DNA from: Fimbriimonadales bacterium
GTDB lineage: Bacteria; Armatimonadota; Fimbriimonadia; Fimbriimonadales; ATM1
Length of the DNA stretch: 24,757 nt
NCBI GenBank assembly: GCA_051003155.1
Contig: JBPCLO010000040.1
Span: forward strand, 1-24,757
Direction of reading: 5' to 3'
Both the position numbers and the translations under genes were made by a program. The stretch's first letter is position 1; each line of letters starts with the position of its first letter. The notes beneath the pieces were generated by a model. The model was not told where the DNA came from. It did not search any database and worked only from the letters and a program-made list of their open reading frames with translations. Positions 14,675 through 24,757 of this stretch are shown one piece after another.

Positions 14675-16266
14675 CTAATCCTTTCCTTCGATTACTACGT
14701 CGGCCAGGGCGCCGGTTGTACCCGCTTCCTCGAACTCTAACGGAAATCGGATGGGTTCGCCTTGCGCCTTGCATAGCTCGTTGATCTCTTTCTTGAGCTC
14801 GATCATGCGCGGTTCGCGTCCGATGGCGAGGTCGTTGAAACGGCTGAGTTCCTCCGAGGTCTTTTGGAGTTGCTTCTGGGTTTCCTGAAATCCCTGCTGG
14901 GCCCGCTTGTGCTCGCTCATGTTGCGGGCGATCATGGAGGACCCGATTACTCGACCCAAGGCGTCTTTGAGTGGCGAGACTGTGAGCGAAATATCGAGCA
15001 GCTCGCCATCTTTGCGCCGCCGGACGGTTTCGTAGTGGTCGACCATCTCGCCCTGCTTGATGCGCTCGAGTATCCGCGGCTCCTCGTCGACGTGGCCATC
15101 AGGTATAAGAAGTGTCACCGGGTGGCCGATCATTTCCTCGCTCGTATATCCGAACAGGTGCTCAACGCCTCTATTCCAGCTCATGATAACGCCTTCGAGG
15201 TCCTTACTGATGATGGCGTCCTCGGAAGAGGTGACGATTGCCGCTAAGCGCCCGGCCGTCTTTTCGTCGAGCCTCCGCTCTGTGATGTCGCGGAAGACCA
15301 GCACGGCGCCTGAGACAGCCCCGCCGCCATTGCGAATTGGCGCGGCGGAGTCGTTGATCGGCCGCTCGCTTCCGTCCTTGGCGATGAGAAGCGTGTGGTT
15401 CGCCAGGCCGGCGATGGCTCCACCGCGAAGTGCTCGCAGAGCCGGGTTCTCGACTTCCTTACGCGTGCTTTCGTCGATGATGCGGAAGATTTCAACATGG
15501 GGCTTCCCGGCGGCCCCGGCCTGGGTCCAGCCGGTGAGCGCTTCCGCCACGTAGTTGAGGAACGTCACCCGAGCCTCCGCGTCTGTCGCGATAACCCCGT
15601 CACCGATGCTGGCGAGCGTCAAGCGCATGCGCTACCTACCCAACAGGATTTCTTGTTCGTTCCGCACGATAGCCAGGCCAACAATTCCAGCTCGTCAGCA
15701 CGGCGATTAGGCCTCCAACCAGCAGCAGCGCCAGCCCACAGAGATCGTCGCTATCCCAGCCTGAGCGTTTTCCTTGTGGGCGTCGAGTGCCGCAGTTGCC
15801 TCCGCCTGTAGGCGTACACGTAAGAACTCCTCAAGCGCGATGCGGCCGTCGGCGAAGCTTGTCCACTGCTCAGAAGTGGGGGCGGCATTATCGCTCAAGA
15901 TCGACCGGGTCCGCTGGCGAAAGGGCGCCCAAGGCGCGGCGAACTCGACCCCGTAATCCCGATGCCGTCGCTCCCTAGCCAGACGCAGGTACTTCGCCAA
16001 GTGTTGATCGACATCGGCGGCGTTGGCCTCGGCCCCCCGCCTAAACTTGTCGTCGCCGCTCTGAACGAACGCCCGCACGTTTAGCGCGTGTTCGAGTACG
16101 CTGCTTTCCAGTTGCCGCGCTTCGTCGATGCGTTGCCGTTCCCCGTTGGCTAGCAAGTCCACATCCGCCTCGAGGGCTCGCAGCGGAACACGATCGCGGC
16201 GATCGACAGGATCAGCAGGGCCGCCAGCGTACCGAATCCCAGCAAGAGCTTCTTAGAGGTCGTCAT
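14675..16266 (-). pseudogene. Disrupted membrane sensor: TM - periplasmic helical (CHASE3/4HB-like) domain - TM - PAS - PAS - coiled tail. The 14675-15628 PAS-PAS part is still open.
   Basis: ATG 16266 (GAGGGG upstream) gives MTTSKKLLLGFGTLAALLILSIAAIVF. A frameshift near 16185 leads into LRALEADVDLL... TM2 (GLALLLVGGLIAVLT) is out of frame between two compensating shifts at ~15740 and ~15690. An in-frame TAG at 15632-15634 precedes RMRLTLASIGDGVIATD. Confidence 0.8.
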
Positions 16267-16347
16267 AATTTTCCCCTCGCTGGGCCCATCTCGGCAGCGT
16301 CAACCACGCTCTGTCGATGCGGCAGAGGTCGCCCAGTGCCGCTAGCC

Positions 16348-17958
16348 CTAGAGCTCGAACCTAGGAACGACCTGCGTGTACTTTGCATGATCGATCCAAA
16401 CGAAGGCATTGAGCCCGAATAAGGGTCCGTTGAGCTTATACAACACTCGTGCCTTCAGCGAGCCGACGGCGTCCTGATAATCTGCTGCGCCCGCATTTAC
16501 GTTGATCGTGATCGGATTGTCGCTGAGAGTTGTAGGCCGTGAATCGACCTGGTCCCACCGATTCAGTGCGTAATTAAAGAGCTCGGTGACCTGAAGGAGT
16601 CTAGTTGTGTCGGCTCTCGTCTCCAGCTTGAAGGAGAACTTTGTTGGCTTGGCAAACAAAGTGTCTGTGGACAGGACTACTTGAATGATCGGCAGCAGGG
16701 TAGAAGGATTGGCAGGGCCCCTTAGCTGCACCGAGCTATTGTCACTCTCGCCGAGATCGCCGACGGCACCGGACAGAAGAGTCCCTCTCTCCACCACGAG
16801 ATTCTTGATCGCGTAATTGGTAGCCTGCTGACGGATTATGCGGAGGGCGCCGTTCGGGACGTACAAAGTATTGTCGGGGCCGATGGAAATGCTGCCTCTC
16901 GATTCGTATTCCATAGGGTACGCCCACCTGCCGGAGCCATCAGGATTTATGCAGTGTATGTCTGCTCCGCGAGTGGCGAAGTAGATTCTACCGATCGTGT
17001 CCACCGAGGGCGATTCCCGCAATTCTCCAGAGGCTAACCATGACCACAGATTTGCGCCATCCGAGCTGCGGAGCGCATAGAGGCGACGGTCCAGGCTCGT
17101 AATGTAGGTAACAGAACCGTCCGGGCTGAAGGCCGGCGCGGAGGAAGTGGCCCCGCCGGCAACGAAAAACCAAACTGGGATGCCGTTATCAGGATTAAGC
17201 CCGTAGACGTTCCCATTACCTGATCCAAGAACAACGATTCCGTTCGGGGCTACGGCTGGCGCCCCGGGCGCAGCATTGAGGGCGCGTGTCCATACATGCC
17301 AACCGGTGGCATACTCGAACGCAGAAACGTTATTGCCGTGACAGACGATGATCTTCGAATCGTCGCGAGTGAAAACTACTGTCTTGTAAACCGCGCCGAG
17401 ATGAGTAATCGTCCAGATCGGCATGCCAGCCGTCCGGTGAAGCTTGTAAACATATCCTTGGGTGGAACCCATGAGAACGTGACCATCGGGGCCGACCGTT
17501 GGAGAGCACGCTTCCCAATCGTTGACCCCCTGGGTGTAGGTGTTCCAAGACCATGCAGGGAGCATGGTATCTGGATTAATTCGATAGATCTTTCCTGTGC
17601 TTCCAGTTGTAGCCGCGTAATATTCGCCGTCGAGCCCGATGGCAGGGGATGACTGGCCCCAGCCGGTGGTTATGTAAGTTCCTAAAAGAGCACCCGTGGT
17701 CTGATCGAACTTCGCCGTTGCATTGTCGACCCAAGAATTTACATAGCCGTTACCGTTCGCGGCGAGGGCGGGACCGTGGCTGACGAGCGCCACGTCTTCA
17801 AAGCTCTTGAATACCCACGGTGTCGTGATGGTTAACGGATCGGGCCCAATGATCGCACGTCCTGTGCCCCAGCGATCTTGCCGCTCCATGGGCCAGGGAT
17901 CCTGGGCAACCGACGCGGCGGCAAGAGCGATCAGCAGAGATAGAGTCTGTATTCTCAT
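16348..17958 (-). CDS. Secreted PQQ-binding-like beta-propeller repeat protein with C-terminal beta domain (copy 2)
   Basis: Signal peptide, WPMERQD...TG, repeated S/APA...G.VY.L...G...W blades, ~155-aa C-terminal domain. GGGAG RBS; TATGAT at 17976-17981. Confidence 0.9.
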   Translation of the reverse strand: MRIQTLSLLIALAAASVAQDPWPMERQDRWGTGRAIIGPDPLTITTPWVFKSFEDVALVSHGPALAANGNGYVNSWVDNATAKFDQTTGALLGTYITTGWGQSSPAIGLDGEYYAATTGSTGKIYRINPDTMLPAWSWNTYTQGVNDWEACSPTVGPDGHVLMGSTQGYVYKLHRTAGMPIWTITHLGAVYKTVVFTRDDSKIIVCHGNNVSAFEYATGWHVWTRALNAAPGAPAVAPNGIVVLGSGNGNVYGLNPDNGIPVWFFVAGGATSSAPAFSPDGSVTYITSLDRRLYALRSSDGANLWSWLASGELRESPSVDTIGRIYFATRGADIHCINPDGSGRWAYPMEYESRGSISIGPDNTLYVPNGALRIIRQQATNYAIKNLVVERGTLLSGAVGDLGESDNSSVQLRGPANPSTLLPIIQVVLSTDTLFAKPTKFSFKLETRADTTRLLQVTELFNYALNRWDQVDSRPTTLSDNPITINVNAGAADYQDAVGSLKARVLYKLNGPLFGLNAFVWIDHAKYTQVVPRFEL

Positions 17959-18097
17959 GTGAGTCTCCCTGCGGTATCATACCTTACGGTAAAATCGCGA
18001 AGTGAACAAGCGGCCGGCGTCGAAGTGTCCGAGTATCGAGCTCACGGTCGTGACTCCCATCGAAGACCCGGTGGTCACGAATTGATTTTGCGAAGAC

Positions 18098-19717
18098 TCA
18101 GATCTCGAACCGAGGAACGACCTGCGTATACTTTGCCTGATCGATCCAAACGAAGGCATTGAGCCCGAATAAGGCTCCATTGACCATATACAACAATCGC
18201 GCCTTCAGCGACCCTGTGCCGTCCTGATAATCGGCTGCGCCCGAATTTACGTTGATCGTGATCGGATTGTCGCTGAGAGTTGTGGGCCGTGAGTCGACCT
18301 GGTCCCACCGATTCATGGTGTAATTAAAGAGTTGGGTGACCTGAAGGAGCCTGGTTGTACTCGATCTAGTCTCAAGCTGGAAGGAGAACTTTGTTGGCTT
18401 CGCGAATAAGGTGTCTGTGGACAAGACAACTTGGATGATCGGCAGCAGGTTAGAAGGATTGGCAGGACCACTTAGCTTCACCGGGCTATCGTCGCTCTCT
18501 CTGAGTTCTCCGATGCCACCGGACACAAGGGTCCCCCTCTCCATCACCAGATTCTTGATCGCGTAGCTCGTCGCCTGCTGACGGATAATGCGGAGCGCGC
18601 CGTTCGGGACGTACAGAGTATTGTCGGGGCCGATAGAAATACTGCCCCTCGATTCGTATTCCATGGGGTATGCCCATCTACCGGAACCGTCAGGATTTAT
18701 GCAATGTATGGCTGCCCCACGAGTGGCGAAGTAGATCCTGCCGATCGTGTCCACCGATGGCGACTCGCGAAGTTCTTCCGCGGCTAACCATGACCACAGG
18801 TTGGCGCCATCTGAGCTCCGCAGCGCATAGAGGCGATGGTCCAAGCTCGTAAGATAGGTGACAGCGCCGTCTGGGCTGAAGGCTGGCGCGGAGGGCGTTG
18901 CGCCGCCGGCCACGAAAAACCACACGGCATTGCCGGTGTTAGGATCTAGCCCGTAGACGTTCCCATTAGCAGATCCAAGGATCACTAGTCCGTTAGGGGC
19001 CACGGCCGCAGCTCCAGGAGCAGCATTGAGGGCCCGTGTCCATACATGCCAACCGGTGGCGTACTCGAAGGCAGAGACGTTATTGCCGTGACAGACGATG
19101 ATCTTCGAATCGTCGCGAGTGAATACAACGGTCTTATAAACCCCGCCGAGATGAGTAATCGTCCAGATCGGCATGCCGGCCGTCCGGTGAAGCTTGTAAA
19201 CATATCCTTGGGAGGAGCCGGTGAGAATGTGGCCATCGGGACCGACCGTTGGCGAGCACGATTCCCAATCGTTGAGTTTCCGAGTGTAGGTATTCCAAGA
19301 CCAATCAGGGAGCATCGTATCGGGATTGATTCGATAGATCTTTCCTGTTTCGCTTTGGTTACCAACGGTAGCCGCGTAATATTCGCCGTCGAGCCCGATG
19401 GCAGGGGACGATTGGCCCCAGTTGTTGGTTATGTAGGTTCCTAGTAGAGCACCGCTAGTCTGATCGAACTTCGCCGTTGCGTTATCGACCCAAGAGTTGA
19501 CGTAACCCTGGCCATTTGCGGCGAGGGCGGGACCATGGCTGACGAGCTCCACGTCTTCAAAGCTCTTGAACACCCACGGTGTCGTGATGGTTAACGGATC
19601 GGGCCCAATGATCGCACGTCCTGTGCCCCAGCGATCTTGCCGCTCCATTGGCCAGGGATCCTGGGCAACCGACGCGGCGGCTAGAGCGATCAGAAGAGAT
19701 AGAGTCAGGGTTTTCAT
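18098..19717 (-). CDS. Secreted PQQ-binding-like beta-propeller repeat protein with C-terminal beta domain (copy 1)
   Basis: ATG 19717 with GAGGA RBS; TATAAT at 19734-19739. Colinear with 16348-17958 apart from a 3-aa insertion (539 vs 536 aa). Confidence 0.9.
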   Translation of the reverse strand: MKTLTLSLLIALAAASVAQDPWPMERQDRWGTGRAIIGPDPLTITTPWVFKSFEDVELVSHGPALAANGQGYVNSWVDNATAKFDQTSGALLGTYITNNWGQSSPAIGLDGEYYAATVGNQSETGKIYRINPDTMLPDWSWNTYTRKLNDWESCSPTVGPDGHILTGSSQGYVYKLHRTAGMPIWTITHLGGVYKTVVFTRDDSKIIVCHGNNVSAFEYATGWHVWTRALNAAPGAAAVAPNGLVILGSANGNVYGLDPNTGNAVWFFVAGGATPSAPAFSPDGAVTYLTSLDHRLYALRSSDGANLWSWLAAEELRESPSVDTIGRIYFATRGAAIHCINPDGSGRWAYPMEYESRGSISIGPDNTLYVPNGALRIIRQQATSYAIKNLVMERGTLVSGGIGELRESDDSPVKLSGPANPSNLLPIIQVVLSTDTLFAKPTKFSFQLETRSSTTRLLQVTQLFNYTMNRWDQVDSRPTTLSDNPITINVNSGAADYQDGTGSLKARLLYMVNGALFGLNAFVWIDQAKYTQVVPRFEI

Positions 19718-19989
19718 GGGAGTCCTCTGCAAAATTATAGCCTGTTTCAAGTTTGGGGCTGGAACGCGCGTCTGGCCAGCACAAATTGCTAGGACGGATG
19801 CTGAACGAGGACTTGGCCTCGGTGCTCATGGTCAGCCTCGTGCCGTTTCCAACCGTGTCAGGACGGCTCCCGTACGACTGGCGGATTCGCAAGATGACTC
19901 TGCAGACCTTCTACCAGAGCGGTAGCGCAGCGCTGCTCCAGGAAGCTGGGCAGTAACGGCCGCACGCTTTGCTGCTGCGCTGAGGTGCA

Positions 19990-20135
19990 TCCCCGCTTGA
20001 CCAACGATAAAGACGCGGCTCATCACAAAGGCCGCGCGAACGGGGCTGCTGTGCAGGTACTTCATTTTCTGCAGAAACATGTTGTCGGAGAAAACTCGAT
20101 TCCGCGAAAGCCTTTCATCCAAACCCCAAATCGCT
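19990..20135 (-). pseudogene. C-terminal fragment of a REP-associated tyrosine (Y1/RAYT) transposase, twice frameshifted
   Basis: Three frames join to VWMKGFRGIE / FSDNMFLQKMKYLHSSPVRA / GLCDEPRLYRWSSG, matching the RAYT pattern W...F......YIHxNPVRAGL...YRWSS. Confidence 0.75.
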
Positions 20136-20143
20136 TCCTTTTT

Positions 20144-21643
20144 CTAAATGAGCGGTCGGAGAGGTTGCTCGTCCTGGACGTACGGGGATGGTAGAGGAAT
20201 CGTGAATGAGAAGGTGCTGCCCAGGCCTGGCGCACTTTCCACTTGGATATGGCCGCCATGCGCCTCGACTGCAAGCTTGCAGAAAGCCAGGCCCAGGCCA
20301 GTGCTCAAGGTGCGGCCGCTTTGCCTGGACTCCACTTGACCGAACTTCTCGAAGATTCGCTCGAAGGCATCGGACGGGATCCCTTCTCCTGTGTCCCGAA
20401 CGGAAAATTCGACCGATTGGGCTTCCTCGCGCTGGCGCACGAGGAGGCTCACCGATCCTCCTGACGGTGTGAACTTGATCGCATTGCCGAGAAGGTTCAC
20501 CAAGACGCGCTGGAGCTTGTTCTCATCGGCCTGCAGCCAAGGAAGGTCCGGGGCGATCTCTTGCACGAGTGTCAAGCCCTTCACTTCTGCGAGGGGCGTG
20601 ATCTGGGCAATAGCGGACGCGATAAGGTCTGGGAGGGACAGAAGCGAATAATCCAGGTCCATCGCGCCCGATTCCAGCTTCTCAACATCGAGAAGGCCGT
20701 TTATAGTTGCCAGCAACGCGTCTGCCCCCGTAACGGCGATCTCCATGACTTCCCGCTGAGCTTGGTTCACCTCGCCGACCACATCCAGGGTCTGGATCGC
20801 CGCCAAGATGGAGGTCAACGGCGTGCGGAGGTCGTGGATGATCATGTGGGTGAGGTCGTCGCGAAGCCCTTCGAGTTCTTGGAGCCGCTCATAGTTCTGT
20901 TGTAGCTGCTGGAAGAGTTGCACTTCCCGGTCGCGGCCGCGCTTTTTCTCCAAGCACGCGCTAATGCGCGCTTTGAGCAGGGTGGAATTGAAGGGCTTGG
21001 GAAGGTAGTCCTCGGCGCCCATCTCGATGCATCGGGCCACCGATTCCATTTCGCTGAGCGCCGAAACCATGATGACCGGGATGTTCCGCAAGTGCTCGTC
21101 AGCCTTGAGGCGGCCCAGGACCTCGTAACCGTCCAACTCCGGCATCATGATGTCGAGCAGCACCATGTCGTAGGCGTCTGCACCCAGCATTTCCAAGGCC
21201 TGCCGTCCGTTTTCGGCATTGGCCACGGTGTAGCCTTGCTTTTCCAGCAGGCGAGATAGCACGTCGCGGTTGCCCTCCTCATCATCGACCACGAGCACAG
21301 ACCCTACGGCCTCGCTCGGTCCCGGCTCAACCACGGGCGGTTCCGCGGTGAATTGTTTACGCGAAGCCTCCTCGTCCGTCCCCTGCGGGGCGTCCAGCGG
21401 GGATGGTGCGGGCTCCGTGATCGCAGCGAAGTTATCGTTGATGATCTCCAACATGCGCATGCCCGCCCCGCGCACCCTTTCCAAATCCGGCACGAATTTC
21501 TCTTGCCCGACTTCCCGGGCTTGGTCAGCGAGCATCTCAGAATAGCCAACGATCTGGTTAAGTGGCGTGCGCAGGTCGTGGACCAGTTGCGACGGCAGGA
21601 GGTGCCGAGCATGTTTGTCAGTTGTCAGTTGCCGTTCCTTCAT
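20144..21643 (-). CDS. Hybrid kinase: HisKA - REC - HisKA - HATPase
   Basis: N-terminal [20 protein letters not shown] domain VLVVDDE...LLDIMMP...YLPKPF, second H-box [10 protein letters not shown], then [21 protein letters not shown]. Confidence 0.95.
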   Translation of the reverse strand: MKERQLTTDKHARHLLPSQLVHDLRTPLNQIVGYSEMLADQAREVGQEKFVPDLERVRGAGMRMLEIINDNFAAITEPAPSPLDAPQGTDEEASRKQFTAEPPVVEPGPSEAVGSVLVVDDEEGNRDVLSRLLEKQGYTVANAENGRQALEMLGADAYDMVLLDIMMPELDGYEVLGRLKADEHLRNIPVIMVSALSEMESVARCIEMGAEDYLPKPFNSTLLKARISACLEKKRGRDREVQLFQQLQQNYERLQELEGLRDDLTHMIIHDLRTPLTSILAAIQTLDVVGEVNQAQREVMEIAVTGADALLATINGLLDVEKLESGAMDLDYSLLSLPDLIASAIAQITPLAEVKGLTLVQEIAPDLPWLQADENKLQRVLVNLLGNAIKFTPSGGSVSLLVRQREEAQSVEFSVRDTGEGIPSDAFERIFEKFGQVESRQSGRTLSTGLGLAFCKLAVEAHGGHIQVESAPGLGSTFSFTIPLPSPYVQDEQPLRPLI

Positions 21644-22036
21644 AGTTCCAGTTGTCCTGAGGGAGCCGCTCCCCGTGCGCGTTGGGTCAGCAGTGCCTCG
21701 ATCTTGTCGAGCAGGCGGGGCAGCTCGACGGGCTTGGTGTCATAGTCGTCGCATCCCGCTTCGAGGGCCTTGTCGCGGTCGCTGGACATGGCGTGCGCGG
21801 TTAGGGCGACGACGGGAATGTGCTTCGTGGCGGTATCTGCCTTTAGAAGGCGCGTCGCTTCCCAGCCGTCGAGCACGGGCAGGCTCATGTCCATCAGAAT
21901 CAAATCGGGCGCTTCGGTTTGGGCCATCGCTACGCCACTCGGGCCGTCCACCGCGAGCACGACCTCGTAGCCCCTGCGCTCCAGCCGACGCGACAGCATG
22001 TCGCGGTTCATCTCGTTGTCTTCGACCAGCAAGATC

Positions 22037-22044
<8 letters not shown>
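21640..22044 (-). CDS. Single-domain response regulator (DivK/CheY-like)
   Basis: [14 protein letters not shown]...[13 protein letters not shown]...ALTAHAM...YDTKPV. Overlaps both neighbours. Confidence 0.95.

Positions 22045-24757
<2,713 letters not shown>

Larger units (their letters stand above)
16348..19717 (-). repeat. Tandem whole-gene duplication, period about 1.75 kb
   Basis: Long identical DNA runs are shared, e.g. GGTTAACGGATCGGGCCCAATGATCGCACGTCCTGTGCCCCAGCGATCTTGCCGCTCCAT at ~17830 and ~19589. Confidence 0.95.

Noticed and set aside
15632..15634. Amber read-through (pyrrolysine or recoding) at the in-frame TAG
   Set aside because: The same gene also has three frameshifts, and TAG is a normal stop for many genes in this window.
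16348..19717. PQQ-dependent dehydrogenase or BamB assignment
   Set aside because: Only generic propeller repeats are visible. There is no lipobox and no recognisable catalytic motif of quinoprotein dehydrogenases.
19753..19956. 67-aa plus-strand ORF
   Set aside because: No RBS or motif, and it lies in the promoter region of the propeller gene next to a transposase relic.

Overview
GC-rich bacterial DNA. The gene style, including the C-terminal domain on the two propeller proteins, suggests Armatimonadota/Fimbriimonadia, but this is inference only. Almost all genes are on the minus strand. (1) 2-541: 5' part of a secreted Ig-like beta-sandwich protein missing from the ORF track, followed by a decayed IS3-family end and orfA (653-846). 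(2) 945-9081: a co-oriented cluster of putative copper/metal-handling genes. It is headed by a secreted, Cys-rich, Pro-rich ORF ending in GRAPPVA*, resembling the CutF/CruR (DUF2946-type) ribosome-arrest leaders, and its RAPP and stop codons form one arm of a long hairpin. The cargo is a MerB/NosL-like Cys protein, a His-motif protein fused to a second copy of that domain, an outer-membrane barrel, a YHS multidomain protein, two tiny translationally coupled ORFs, a cytochrome c-DUF2231 fusion, a DUF305/CopM-like lipoprotein, a cupredoxin lipoprotein, a Csp3-like Cu storage protein and a His-rich secreted protein. No ATPase, RND pump, multicopper oxidase or DNA-binding metal regulator is present. 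This is the most interesting system in the window. (3) 9257-12557: a PhyH-family dioxygenase and small orphan membrane proteins, one frameshifted. (4) 12983-16266: a PAS hybrid kinase plus a decayed upstream sensor-PAS-PAS gene. (5) 16348-19717: tandem duplicated PQQ-like beta-propeller secreted proteins. (6) A RAYT (Y1) transposase fragment near 20 kb. (7) 20144-24757: a three-gene phosphorelay whose first gene, a multi-PAS hybrid kinase, runs off the window inside a PAS repeat. No rRNA, tRNA or CRISPR array was seen.
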